Part shown: positions 7,757 to 16,857 of the stretch, one piece after another
Numbering within the stretch: the first letter of the stretch is position 1
Layout of the letters: each line of letters begins with the position of its first letter
Assembly: GCA_963668355.1 (NCBI GenBank)
Contig: OY764265.1
Coordinates: 2,176,001 to 2,240,000 of the forward strand
Reading direction: 5' to 3'
Length of the DNA: 64,000 nucleotides
DNA from: Bdellovibrionota bacterium
GTDB lineage: Bacteria > Bdellovibrionota_G > JALEGL01 > DATDPG01
Program-made: the position numbers and the translations under genes
The notes under the pieces: model-generated
The model's database searches: none
What the model saw: the letters and a program-made list of their open reading frames with translations, nothing else
What the model was told of the DNA's origin: nothing

Positions 7757-9841
7757 ATGAATATCGTTCGAAACCGGTTTTTTGTCTTCGCAATCTTCCT
7801 GGCAATATTTGTTGCTGTAACCTACTTTTTTTTCGGAACTCTTTTACCGACTACAGAAACAAAAAATCTCTGGTTTTATTCAGGGATATTTATGGTTCTC
7901 TTTTCGCTATTGTTTATAGAACCTTATTACACTTCACCAAAAAACGTCATAACCAATACAATTCCTCTCCTCCTGGTATTTACTGCGATAAGGCCAACAA
8001 TTGTTCATGTTGCCGTTTGGTATACTGCAATGGCATGCCTATTGGGGCTTCTTATTTTGTCCCTGTTTTCGCTTGCCCTATATGATTCCGACAAAAGTCC
8101 AGATAACTTAAAAAATAAGCTAGCGAATAGGATTAAGAATTGGGTGGTTTTGGTCGGGCAGGGGAAGGTCTTGTACTCGGCGGTTTTTGGATATTTTCTT
8201 CTTTCCAATTTCTCGATTCAAGACTCATTTGTCCTTTGTTTTTTCGTTATATGGTTTGTTGTCATCGCAATCGATCCAAAATCTCTACATAATGTATTCT
8301 CTATCAGGAAGAGAAAGAGGAGCGGAGAGGAGATAGGAGAAATTTTTGGAGTACAATCCAAAAAGATTTTTCTAGCAAAACTATTTGATGATCGCAGAAG
8401 CATAAAGAAATTCGATGTGGTCTGTTTTCGCTATTCGATGCAAGACGCAGAGGGCTTGGTGTTGACTGGTATTGTGTTTGATACCTACCTTCTAAATCAG
8501 GAAAAGTGGGCCAAGCTTTTGCAGCTTGGTAATCCGACCACATCCGCGTCCACACTTGTTAAGAATGTCGTTTACAAGGTCACTGATAAGAATGAATGCG
8601 ATAAAGTGAGTGAAACTCTTAAAGTGGATTCCTTGGTGGGTGTTGTTGTGGATGGTTCGAATATTGGAAAAATCAAATTTGAATATTCGAAAAAAGTAGA
8701 TGATTTACAGGAAGGGGATCTGTTGGAGTTGAGTGTGGGAAAAAGGAGCCTCTTCTATCAAGTTGTTGGAGGTGCAACTCAGAAAGAGAGACTAGAGGCT
8801 CGAAACGAAACGGGATTTGTGGAGGGAGAAGCAGTGCAACTTGGAGAGTGGGTAGGAGAGAATCTTTCCTTTCACAAATTCGGATGGGTACCATCAATAA
8901 ACACTCCTGTTTTTAAAGCTGATACGAGCAATATCGATGTACGAAAATTCGAATACCCAAAATATACAATCGGTTCAATTCCTGGAACATCTCTACCTTC
9001 AGTCGTTGACCTTGATGAGGCTGTTAGTCATCATATGGCATTAATCGGTGTGACTGGGTCAGGGAAATCTTTTCTTGCTAGAGAGATCATCGATGAAATT
9101 TCTGTTGACACAAAGATTATTTGTATAGATTTTAACGACGAGTTCATATCTGAGTTGTCTCAAGCTCCAATACCTGTTGTCTCGAATAGCGATGCCAAGG
9201 ATATTGCTGCGAACATTCAATGGATTATTGGAGAGCGTGAAAAATGGCCAAAGGATCAAAGTAAGTCTGAAATTAGTAAAAGGGATCTGGCAATCAACAC
9301 GAATCTTCAAACTGAAATTGAAAAGTTTCTTGATAGAGACGGAAATAATGTTGGTGTTTTTGAACTTCCGGACGTTAGTAACACTACGGGAATTCTTGAT
9401 TATACAAAGAGGTTTTTTAGAGCGATTTTTGAAGTTGCAAGAGACAGGCAGCAGAAAGGCACTCCAGCTAAGATATGCGTCGTATTGGAGGAAGCTCACA
9501 CCATAGTTCCCGAATGGAATTTTGCGGGTACGTCGGATAAAACATCTCAAAGTCTAGTAAATAGTATAGGCCAGATTGCGTTGCAGGGTCGAAAGTATGG
9601 AATTGGCTTTTTAGTCATTGCGCAGAGAACTGCAAATGTCTCAAAAACCGTTTTAACTCAATGTAATACTGTTGTGTGTTTTCAAGCTTTTGATGAAACT
9701 AGTTTTAACTTTCTTGGGAACTATGTCGGCAAAGATATTGTCCAGACACTTCCGAATCTAAAGAAATATCATGCGATTGTGGCTGGAAAGGCTGTTGAAT
9801 CCAACATGCCGCTGATTGTTGACCTAACAAGACCAACTTAA
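7757..9841 (+). CDS. HerA/DUF87 ATPase with an N-terminal multi-pass membrane domain
   Basis: About six hydrophobic helices in the first ~175 aa; barrel-like middle; HMALIGVTGSGKS, LEEAH, GRKYG, AQR motifs. Confidence 0.85.
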   Translation: MNIVRNRFFVFAIFLAIFVAVTYFFFGTLLPTTETKNLWFYSGIFMVLFSLLFIEPYYTSPKNVITNTIPLLLVFTAIRPTIVHVAVWYTAMACLLGLLILSLFSLALYDSDKSPDNLKNKLANRIKNWVVLVGQGKVLYSAVFGYFLLSNFSIQDSFVLCFFVIWFVVIAIDPKSLHNVFSIRKRKRSGEEIGEIFGVQSKKIFLAKLFDDRRSIKKFDVVCFRYSMQDAEGLVLTGIVFDTYLLNQEKWAKLLQLGNPTTSASTLVKNVVYKVTDKNECDKVSETLKVDSLVGVVVDGSNIGKIKFEYSKKVDDLQEGDLLELSVGKRSLFYQVVGGATQKERLEARNETGFVEGEAVQLGEWVGENLSFHKFGWVPSINTPVFKADTSNIDVRKFEYPKYTIGSIPGTSLPSVVDLDEAVSHHMALIGVTGSGKSFLAREIIDEISVDTKIICIDFNDEFISELSQAPIPVVSNSDAKDIAANIQWIIGEREKWPKDQSKSEISKRDLAINTNLQTEIEKFLDRDGNNVGVFELPDVSNTTGILDYTKRFFRAIFEVARDRQQKGTPAKICVVLEEAHTIVPEWNFAGTSDKTSQSLVNSIGQIALQGRKYGIGFLVIAQRTANVSKTVLTQCNTVVCFQAFDETSFNFLGNYVGKDIVQTLPNLKKYHAIVAGKAVESNMPLIVDLTRPT

Positions 9842-9850
9842 GATTCTGTG

Positions 9851-9915
9851 GAATCAAGGGACACATGACGCTATCCAATTAAAGAAAAGAGATACAGTCA
9901 GGCGTTCCCCGATTC
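9851..9915. repeat. Degenerate REP-like hairpin (GGGACA family)
   Basis: GAATCAAGGGACACATGAC ... GTCAGGCGTTCCCCGATTC; similar to 11519-11585 and 21952-22019. Confidence 0.75.
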
Positions 9916-9919
9916 GGAT

Positions 9920-10588
9920 ATGATTTCAGAGGAGTTTCCAGTTATTTTGATTACAGAACCTTTGTTGATTGGGTGGCATCTTCAAATGGAGCCGGTCAGA
10001 CTACAAGACGGAGCGTTGTTGCACTCAACACTGACGGCACCATTGAAGGAAATACGGAGGTTGGCGGTACGAGATGAACTGACGGGGAAGCATTTGTCGG
10101 AAAGGCAATCGCCATCTTGGGTGGCGGCAATGGGCTACTTCTCTTTAATCGAACAACTTGGAAATGCATATGAGTGCTCGAAAGGGAGCAAAGGGGGTAA
10201 CAATTTCAAAAGAAGTCTGAAGATATTTTCTGGTTTGAATGAAAAGCAGGTTGAGGTGCTTTGGGGACTAAGGTGTTCCCTGTTTCATGATTTCGCAATC
10301 GTTCGAAACGAAGGAAAACCAAAATATATTTTTAACGTAGGGCCTCGTGGAACAGCAAGCTCATTTATTCGTGAGGCTGCCCAAGTTTGGCGGGGAGAAA
10401 TTCCAGAAGATGGAAATCTCAGTTCCTTCGTTACGACGGTTGACCTTTGGGGAATTGGTGATTTGTTTGAGACGGCGATTTTTCCGAAAGTAAAGGATCT
10501 GGCGTCCTCAAAGGAATTAAAAATTAGAAAGTTGTCATTGGTGGAATTTCAATTGAAATATTTTTGGATGATTGGTTCACAAAAATGA
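9920..10588 (+). CDS. Hypothetical protein with HEPN-like RxxxxH motif
   Basis: LWGLRCSLFHDF preceded by a helical segment (FSLIEQLG); start codon uncertain. Confidence 0.5.
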   Translation: MISEEFPVILITEPLLIGWHLQMEPVRLQDGALLHSTLTAPLKEIRRLAVRDELTGKHLSERQSPSWVAAMGYFSLIEQLGNAYECSKGSKGGNNFKRSLKIFSGLNEKQVEVLWGLRCSLFHDFAIVRNEGKPKYIFNVGPRGTASSFIREAAQVWRGEIPEDGNLSSFVTTVDLWGIGDLFETAIFPKVKDLASSKELKIRKLSLVEFQLKYFWMIGSQK

Positions 10589-10589
10589 A

Positions 10590-10695
10590 GAAATTCGGGG
10601 GACATCGACTTTATATTGCACAGCGAAATAAAGTCGGTGGTGAAGTTCAGGTGACACACAACTTAATTACAAAGTTAAGTTGTGTGTCACCTGAA
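10590..10695. repeat. Two adjacent REP-like hairpins: type A (10590-10639) and type B (10646-10695, perfect 21-bp arms)
   Basis: A: GGGGGACATCGACTTTATATTGCACAGCGAAATAAAGTCGGTG. B: TTCAGGTGACACACAACTTAA-ttacaaag-TTAAGTTGTGTGTCACCTGAA. Confidence 0.9.
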
Positions 10696-10733
10696 TTACG
10701 CAAATCAGGTTCTCGCCCCTGGATCCAAACGTC

Positions 10734-11177
10734 TTAAGAATCGCCTTCCGGCTTCTCGCAAAAACCTGCTATCTGAAAATCTCGCAGAGCGTTGGCCATC
10801 TCTTTCAAAGAGTGTCTACTATTCTTGTAGTTCGCAATGATGAGTTCCGTTCCGCCGCGATTGTACACAAAATGTGTTACCTCGCCCCCTTTAATGACAA
10901 TGCTACAAGGAGCTGGACGAGTCCGGACCTCACAAGTTCCGGTTTCTACTAGTAACCTCAGTTCGGCAGCTATCTCATGCAATTTTTTGCTACTCGAAGC
11001 CAGCCATAAATCCACGCGCAAAGTTGTTTCATTCTTTTCGTTAAACTCCAGTTCGCATTTGGCCATACTTGCATGAGCCTGACCCGCAGACAAGGTGACA
11101 AAAAGAAATAGAGCAGACACTAGGCCCAAAAGGGGAAATGAACGTACGGGCTTAAACATCGAAACCTCCCAATCCAA
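10734..11177 (-). CDS. Small secreted hypothetical protein with Cys pairs
   Basis: Signal peptide ending AHA; probable start at MFKPVR after GGAGG. Confidence 0.6.
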   Translation of the reverse strand: MDWEVSMFKPVRSFPLLGLVSALFLFVTLSAGQAHASMAKCELEFNEKNETTLRVDLWLASSSKKLHEIAAELRLLVETGTCEVRTRPAPCSIVIKGGEVTHFVYNRGGTELIIANYKNSRHSLKEMANALRDFQIAGFCEKPEGDS

Positions 11178-11317
11178 TTACAAACATTTTCTCAAATCTC
11201 CATCCGGCTCTTACCAAACACGATGCAAAGCGTCAAGTCCAGTAATCCCTGCCTTGGAAGCAGGGCTGAGATCGTGGAGCACGAGGCCGAAACCAAATAA
11301 CTCCAGTAATCCAACAT

Positions 11318-11585
11318 TAATCAGGGGACGCCCGACGCTATCCGATGGAATCGCGGGACACACGACTGAATTCGATTAAACGTAGTCAGAATCGCGGGAC
11401 ACACGACTGAATTCGATTAAACGTAGTGAAATTCGGGGGACATCGACTTTATATTGCACAGCGAAATCAAGTCGGTGTCCCCAGATTCCAGATTCACGGG
11501 GGTAATTGCGTAGGTTCTAAATCAGGGGACGCCCGACGCTATCCGATTTCAATTAAAGGGATACAGTCGTGTGTCCCCCGATTCC
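11318..11585. repeat. Cluster of REP-like units, including a 41-bp-period tandem duplication
   Basis: GAATCGCGGGACACACGACTGAATTCGATTAAACGTAGT at 11348 and 11389; type A hairpin at about 11428-11488; AATCAGGGGACGCCCGACGCTATCCGAT occurs twice. Confidence 0.9.
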
Positions 11586-11586
11586 C

Positions 11587-11848
11587 AAAGTTGGCAAAGC
11601 ACTATTTTGAAAAGGCGTGTGAAGGTGATGGAAAATCAGGATGTTCTTTTGTCGCAAGTAACCTAATAAGGGAAAAGAAATTAGATGAGGGCGTGCGAAT
11701 GTTAGCCAGTTCTTGTAACAAACTAGATGGTTACGCCTGTGAGCTGTTAGGAAAGGTCGTTTTGGAACTTGGGCAGGCAGACGAAAGCAAGAGCATCCTT
11801 AAAAAAGCCTGCGATCTTGGTGATGAAAGCGCTTGCGTCTCTAATTGA
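11587..11848 (+). pseudogene. 5'-truncated Sel1/Hcp-like Cys-repeat gene fragment
   Basis: YFEKACEGD..GC, SCNKLDGYAC, KKACDLGDESAC repeats; the upstream part of the called ORF is repeat sequence. Confidence 0.6.
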
Positions 11849-11960
11849 GCGCGGCAAAGAAAACGACCTACACTGAACAAACACTCAAGTAATTGAATTA
11901 TTTGAAGGTTTTCTCAGTTGAGAATGTGCAACGGGTGTTGTAAAGAATAATAATACATTT

Positions 11961-12920
11961 ATGACTAGAGATAACGGTTCTGCATCCTCCGAAGAGATTT
12001 TTCGGATTTTGACGCTCGATGGTGGTGGGTCAAAGGGCTTTTATACGCTTGGGGTTCTGAAAGAAGTCGAAGCAATGGTAGGGAAGCCATTAGCTAATAC
12101 ATTTGATCTAATTTTCGGAACGAGCACAGGCGCAATAATCGCAGCTATGTTGGCTCTAGGGTATGAAATCGACAAAATTCACTCACTTTACGAAAATGAA
12201 CTAACGAAAATAATGGGATGTTTTACTCCTCGCGGAAAAACGAAGGCGCTAAAAAAGCTGACTGAGGATGAGTTCGAAGAATTGACATTTGAGGACGTGA
12301 AGACGGGACTGGGAATTGTTGCAACTAATTGGGATTTTGAAAGACCGTTGATTTTTAAGTCTGCCATAGAGCTTGCTTATGGGCGTCGAGACACGTTTCT
12401 ACCAGGCTTTGGTTGCACTATAGCGGAAGCAGTTCAAGCATCCTGCGCTGCCTATCCATTTTTTAAGAGGCTAAAAATTACAACTAAGAAGGGCGATGAA
12501 CTTGAATTGGGGGATGGTGGTTTTTGTGCAAATAACCCCACGCTCTTTGCAATTGCCGATGCGATAAAGGCTCTTCGGAAGGATAGAAAAAATCTTCGCG
12601 TTTTGAGTGTCGGTGTTGGAGGGTATCCTAAAGCGAAAAGATGGAATCCATTGGGCTTTTTAGGAAAACTACCAACGGCGCGTTTGGCTGAAAAGACGTA
12701 TTCGGTTAACACCTGCACAATGAATCAATTGAGAGAACTTCTTTTTAAGGATGTAGATACGATTCGGATCAATGAAACTTATGATCGACCAGAGCTGGCA
12801 ACTGATTTTCTGGAAAAAGATTTGAACAAATTGAATAAGTTATTTCAAAGAGGGCGGGATTCTTACTCGAAACAGGAAGTTAAGATAAGGAATGCTCTAG
12901 GCATTAGCATTCCAAGTTAG
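11961..12920 (+). CDS. capE: CBASS patatin-like phospholipase effector (CapE-like)
   Basis: DGGGSKG oxyanion motif; GTSTG nucleophile; DGG; lies directly upstream of a CD-NTase. Confidence 0.9.
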   Translation: MTRDNGSASSEEIFRILTLDGGGSKGFYTLGVLKEVEAMVGKPLANTFDLIFGTSTGAIIAAMLALGYEIDKIHSLYENELTKIMGCFTPRGKTKALKKLTEDEFEELTFEDVKTGLGIVATNWDFERPLIFKSAIELAYGRRDTFLPGFGCTIAEAVQASCAAYPFFKRLKITTKKGDELELGDGGFCANNPTLFAIADAIKALRKDRKNLRVLSVGVGGYPKAKRWNPLGFLGKLPTARLAEKTYSVNTCTMNQLRELLFKDVDTIRINETYDRPELATDFLEKDLNKLNKLFQRGRDSYSKQEVKIRNALGISIPS

Positions 12921-12937
12921 GTTGGAAGTTAGGTTCA

Positions 12938-13834
12938 ATGGGTATACCTCAGACACAGTTGGATACATGGGCTCGTCAAGGCGCTATTCAGACTGCAAAG
13001 AATACCCATGAAACGATTCGAAAAGCTCTAGATGATTGGAATCACTTCCCCGAAGGAATAAACTTTGTGACGTATCTTCAGGGCTCCTACGTGAACGATA
13101 CGAACATCCGGGGAGATAGCGATGTTGATGTGGTAGTCGAGTTAAAGACGACGTATCTCCCTGATTTGACGAAACTTTCCCACCGTGAAAAGGCCCTCTA
13201 TGAGAAGGATAGAGTTCCGGCAGACTATAAGTTCGATGATTTCAAAATAGATGTGTTAGACGCTCTTTTCGCAAGATTCGGTCGAAATTCGGTCAAGCCG
13301 GGCGATAAGGCAATTAAAATTGAAAAAGATTCAAATCGTGTGCCTGCGGATGTTGTTCCAACTATAACGCATCGTCGGTTCGTTAATTACTATGAGGACC
13401 TCTCGCCGGATACGATCGAGGGCATTTCACTTTATAGCGTGCGAGAACAGGATTGGATCATAAATTATCCAAAAAAACATAAAGATAACTGTATTGCGAA
13501 ACAAAAGGCGACCAACGGATGGTTTAAGCCTCTCGTTAGAGTCGTAAAGAACATGCGAACGAGGCTTGTAGATAATGAGGTCATTTCTAAGGAGCTCGCG
13601 CCTTCGTATTTCATAGAGGGATTACTTTTTAATGTGCCAAATCCTAAATTTGGAAAGAGTTATGAAGATACCTTTGTGGAGAGCATTAATTGGATTTTGA
13701 GTGCAGAAAAAAGTTCATTTATTTGCCCTAACGCTCAGCAAAACCTCTTTGGAGGTGGAGGTACATTTTGGTCAGAAGAAAATGCAAACACCTTCATTGA
13801 TGCCCTAGTGAAGTATTGGAACGAATGGGTTTGA
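12938..13834 (+). CDS. cdnE: CBASS CD-NTase, clade E (CdnE-like)
   Basis: MGIP..QL.TW..QG N-terminus; LQGSY.NDTNIRGDSDVD; ADVVP; IINYPK.H; PSYFIEGLLFNVP. Confidence 0.92.
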   Translation: MGIPQTQLDTWARQGAIQTAKNTHETIRKALDDWNHFPEGINFVTYLQGSYVNDTNIRGDSDVDVVVELKTTYLPDLTKLSHREKALYEKDRVPADYKFDDFKIDVLDALFARFGRNSVKPGDKAIKIEKDSNRVPADVVPTITHRRFVNYYEDLSPDTIEGISLYSVREQDWIINYPKKHKDNCIAKQKATNGWFKPLVRVVKNMRTRLVDNEVISKELAPSYFIEGLLFNVPNPKFGKSYEDTFVESINWILSAEKSSFICPNAQQNLFGGGGTFWSEENANTFIDALVKYWNEWV

Positions 13835-13842
13835 GTAAGGGA

Positions 13843-15588
13843 ATGGGAAGAGGAAATACAATCAAGTTGTTCATGTGGCGGTATCAGTATTATTTTAGGG
13901 TCGAATTAGAGATGTTCGCAAATAGGGTTCTAGAGTCGCTTGGTGCGGAATTCAAAGCGAAGGCACTACTTGTTGGTGCTCGTGTTCCTAGAAGCAAAGA
14001 CCCAAATCCCGTATGTATCGAGCCAGAAGATGGAGAATGGTCTTTAGAATTGTTCAAAAACCTTCATGCGAGAGTGAGGAAAATGGTCGCTTGTCATCCG
14101 ATGAGGAACAGATTTTGTGGGGATGAAGTTCGAATGCGAGAGAAGCCAGAAGAAATTCGAAGACACTCTGTTACTCAAGCTGTGAAGGAAGCGTTGGAAC
14201 CTTTTGATTCAGAAAATGGCGTAGAATCCTTTTGTGGCTTGTCGACTCGGATTGGAAATTTCTACGTTGTCCCAATTCTACAAATCGATAGTAAAAGTAT
14301 CGGAGACGTTCCGGAAGTAAGAAGAGAAGTCAGAGTTGATCGCTTCTCTTTTCATCGGAGCCTTGTTCATGCGGGGATCGCCCGTATTTTAGAAGAATCT
14401 ACGAAGGACCTTTGTGGCCCGGACCCTGGGCGAAACATTAGTCCAAGTAATCACAACGAAAAAGAAATTATTAGACGGTCAGCCCGCGAGTTTATGAAGA
14501 TGCCGGGTGCTGCTATAGGAGGCATTAACTTCCATGTAAATTTGTTTGATAGGGTGAATGCCGTCGCGGCGCTTTTGTACGAGGGAAACGAAGGGAAAGG
14601 GAGATTCATTCTCGTTGATCCGAAGAATGTGGACATAGAATGGAAGCTGAAACTGGAAAGACCCGTCCCTTTTGCAGATGCTAGGTGGACGAGAAAAATT
14701 CTTCAAATGACCTCTGGTGATGTTTCGGTGATTGCAGATTGTAGGGAAATTTATGGGTTGGGAGGCATTCGTGATGGTCACGATTCTAATAGGGAAGATG
14801 TTTTTGAAATAGAATGTCTCGGCCGTCAAAATTGGCAACTGCGTTGTGGGGAACAAATTCTTATTAGGTGTGTCTATGGTGAGGTGGCTATTCCACAAAA
14901 GCCAGTTCAATTTGAATTGTTTGCATCCAACTACCAACGACTATTTAGAGATGCGAGCTCAAATGATGTTCAAAATGCCTGGGACCTTTTAAGTAAAATG
15001 CTCACGCTGGATTACGGAACAATGATTGTATTTGCAGAAGATGCGAAGGAAGAGGCAGCAAGGCTGTCTCGCGAAGGGTCAGTTGTGGAACCATGTAAAA
15101 TGAGTGCGGAAGTGTTGCACCATGTTAGTAAGATCGATGGATCGATTCTGCTTGATCCGTACGGTATGTGCTATGCGATAGGTGTTATTTTAGATGGAAC
15201 TACTAACGCGGAGTGCTCTTCTTCGAGAGGTTCAAGGTATAATTCAGCGATAAGGTATGTATATGCATCGAAGAAGTCTCGGCTGGCGATTGTTACATCA
15301 GACGATCGTACGATCGATGTGACTCCTGCTATGCGTTTTGGAATCAAAAAGTCACTGATTCTTGAAAAAATAAGTGCTTTTGAAAATGCGACAAGGGAAA
15401 ATTACCACTCGCCGTTGTTTTGGTTGGATGACAATCGTTTTTACTTGAATGAAGAAGAATGTTCTCGTGTAAATGTGGCTCTTGATCGAGTTGAGAAATT
15501 TCCAAAAGATGTAGGGCAGGTTGAGCTGGTCTTGGCCCGTTTTGAACCGGACCCGGAAATGAATGACACCTTTTTGTTGGATGAATAG
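13843..15588 (+). CDS. DisA_N/diadenylate-cyclase-fold protein with large N-terminal putative sensor region
   Basis: C-terminal SKIDGSILLD, GVILDG and RGSRYNSA (variants of DGA and GxRHxxA). Start chosen at ATG 13843 after TAAGGGA; the ORF track starts at 13816. Confidence 0.8.
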   Translation: MGRGNTIKLFMWRYQYYFRVELEMFANRVLESLGAEFKAKALLVGARVPRSKDPNPVCIEPEDGEWSLELFKNLHARVRKMVACHPMRNRFCGDEVRMREKPEEIRRHSVTQAVKEALEPFDSENGVESFCGLSTRIGNFYVVPILQIDSKSIGDVPEVRREVRVDRFSFHRSLVHAGIARILEESTKDLCGPDPGRNISPSNHNEKEIIRRSAREFMKMPGAAIGGINFHVNLFDRVNAVAALLYEGNEGKGRFILVDPKNVDIEWKLKLERPVPFADARWTRKILQMTSGDVSVIADCREIYGLGGIRDGHDSNREDVFEIECLGRQNWQLRCGEQILIRCVYGEVAIPQKPVQFELFASNYQRLFRDASSNDVQNAWDLLSKMLTLDYGTMIVFAEDAKEEAARLSREGSVVEPCKMSAEVLHHVSKIDGSILLDPYGMCYAIGVILDGTTNAECSSSRGSRYNSAIRYVYASKKSRLAIVTSDDRTIDVTPAMRFGIKKSLILEKISAFENATRENYHSPLFWLDDNRFYLNEEECSRVNVALDRVEKFPKDVGQVELVLARFEPDPEMNDTFLLDE

Positions 15589-15656
15589 GTAAGGGACGGC
15601 TCAAGATCAAGGCCAACTTTTTTTTGGTGTGACATGGGATGTTGGAAGAAGGGGAG

Positions 15657-15735
15657 AAATTCAGGGGACACACGACTGAATCCGATTAAACAGATTTCGG
15701 TAATTCCGGGGACACACGACTGAACCCAAATTGAA
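15657..15735. repeat. Two REP-like half units
   Basis: GGGGACACACGACTGAA occurs twice. Confidence 0.8.
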
Positions 15736-15809
15736 TTTCCACGGAACTTTCGACACATGCCTTTTACCTGCGCATTGAGTAATTTGGTTTAATGTTCTCC
15801 GATTCGCTT

Positions 15810-16685
15810 TTAAAGCTTTTCGGTTCCGATATTGGGGTTGAAGTCAATGGCCTTTTGTTTGACTTCGTTTAGCTTTTCTACAATGGCACTGTAACGTTGT
15901 AGGTCTCGATTTTTCTGTAGTCGGTACTTTGCCATGTCTTCGTTACTTTCCATGAGGGAGCCAAAGGTTTCGATGAATCCCACCAACCTGTTGTGCATAT
16001 GATCAAACCCGATCAGAGTGGTTGGAGTTTGATTTTGTGAACGGTAGGTTTCTAAGGCTCGGAATGCCTCTTCCCTTAAATTAAGTAACTCAAGTTGGCC
16101 TCGGAACATCCCATCATTCCATAACATTAATAGGTAATGATTGAGGGAGTTTGCTAAAGGAGAGTTAGGAGTTTCAAGGGTGGAGGAGCGGCTGTAATCA
16201 TCTCCAAGGAAATGGTTCGATGTTAGAACTCGATCTTTGGTGGTGTTGAATTGGAAGTATAGGCTCCCGAGAATTTGTCGATCTTCTTCTGCCTCCAAGT
16301 TGAGAAGACAATGCTGAAAATAATCTTGCGCCGTTTGTTTGTAGATATCGATCCGCGCTTGAAGCACGTCATGTTGATAATCGAAGAAGGATTCCTCGGA
16401 AGTAAGGAGACCATCGGCTTGCGCCATACGCAGTCCCTGTTCATTGCGATTGAGAAGCTCCATTTTTCCACGCCACATTCCTTCTTTCCATTCCATGGTC
16501 ATGTACGCCACGGCACAATCTTCGAGCGTATCTAGTTTCTCGAAGGTGGGGTGAGGGTGGGTAACCCCAGCATAGGCGTGCCCAGAAAGCATGAGACAGG
16601 CGAGGAAAATCCAAAAAACAACTTTTGATTTCAACATAATAGCTCCTGACGCTGTGCGTATAACATCGCTCCCAAAATAGGTCAA
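15810..16685 (-). CDS. Secreted helical hypothetical protein with an internal duplication
   Basis: Signal peptide ending AYA; repeated motif W.(E/D)GM(W/F)RG.(M/L)ELLN..E. Confidence 0.65.
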   Translation of the reverse strand: MTYFGSDVIRTASGAIMLKSKVVFWIFLACLMLSGHAYAGVTHPHPTFEKLDTLEDCAVAYMTMEWKEGMWRGKMELLNRNEQGLRMAQADGLLTSEESFFDYQHDVLQARIDIYKQTAQDYFQHCLLNLEAEEDRQILGSLYFQFNTTKDRVLTSNHFLGDDYSRSSTLETPNSPLANSLNHYLLMLWNDGMFRGQLELLNLREEAFRALETYRSQNQTPTTLIGFDHMHNRLVGFIETFGSLMESNEDMAKYRLQKNRDLQRYSAIVEKLNEVKQKAIDFNPNIGTEKL

Positions 16686-16742
16686 TCAACACGAATATGT
16701 GCATAGATCCACGCAGTATTGGTGCCAGGCGTATTTCTGCAA

Positions 16743-16848
16743 GTTCCGGTGACACACAACTTAATTACAAAGTTAAGTTGTGTGTCATCTGAATTATATG
16801 GAATCAAAAAGGAATCGCGGGGCAGGTCCATACCTGTCGCCAGAATTC
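16743..16848. repeat. Type B REP-like hairpin plus a short hairpin
   Basis: GGTGACACACAACTTAATTACAAAGTTAAGTTGTGTGTCA is identical to 10650-10689; then GGAATCGCGGGGCAGGT..ACCTGTCGCCAGAATTC. Confidence 0.9.
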
Positions 16849-16857
16849 GCATGTGAG

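Noticed and set aside
11348..11427. Possible CRISPR array
   Set aside because: Only two tandem copies with no unique spacer, no cas genes, and the units belong to the REP-like family.
11095..11586. ORF 11095-11379 and the N-terminal part of ORF 11426-11848
   Set aside because: Translations of antisense or repeat sequence.
12914..12935. Short AAGTTAGGTT duplication between capE and cdnE
   Set aside because: Too short to interpret; probably local slippage.
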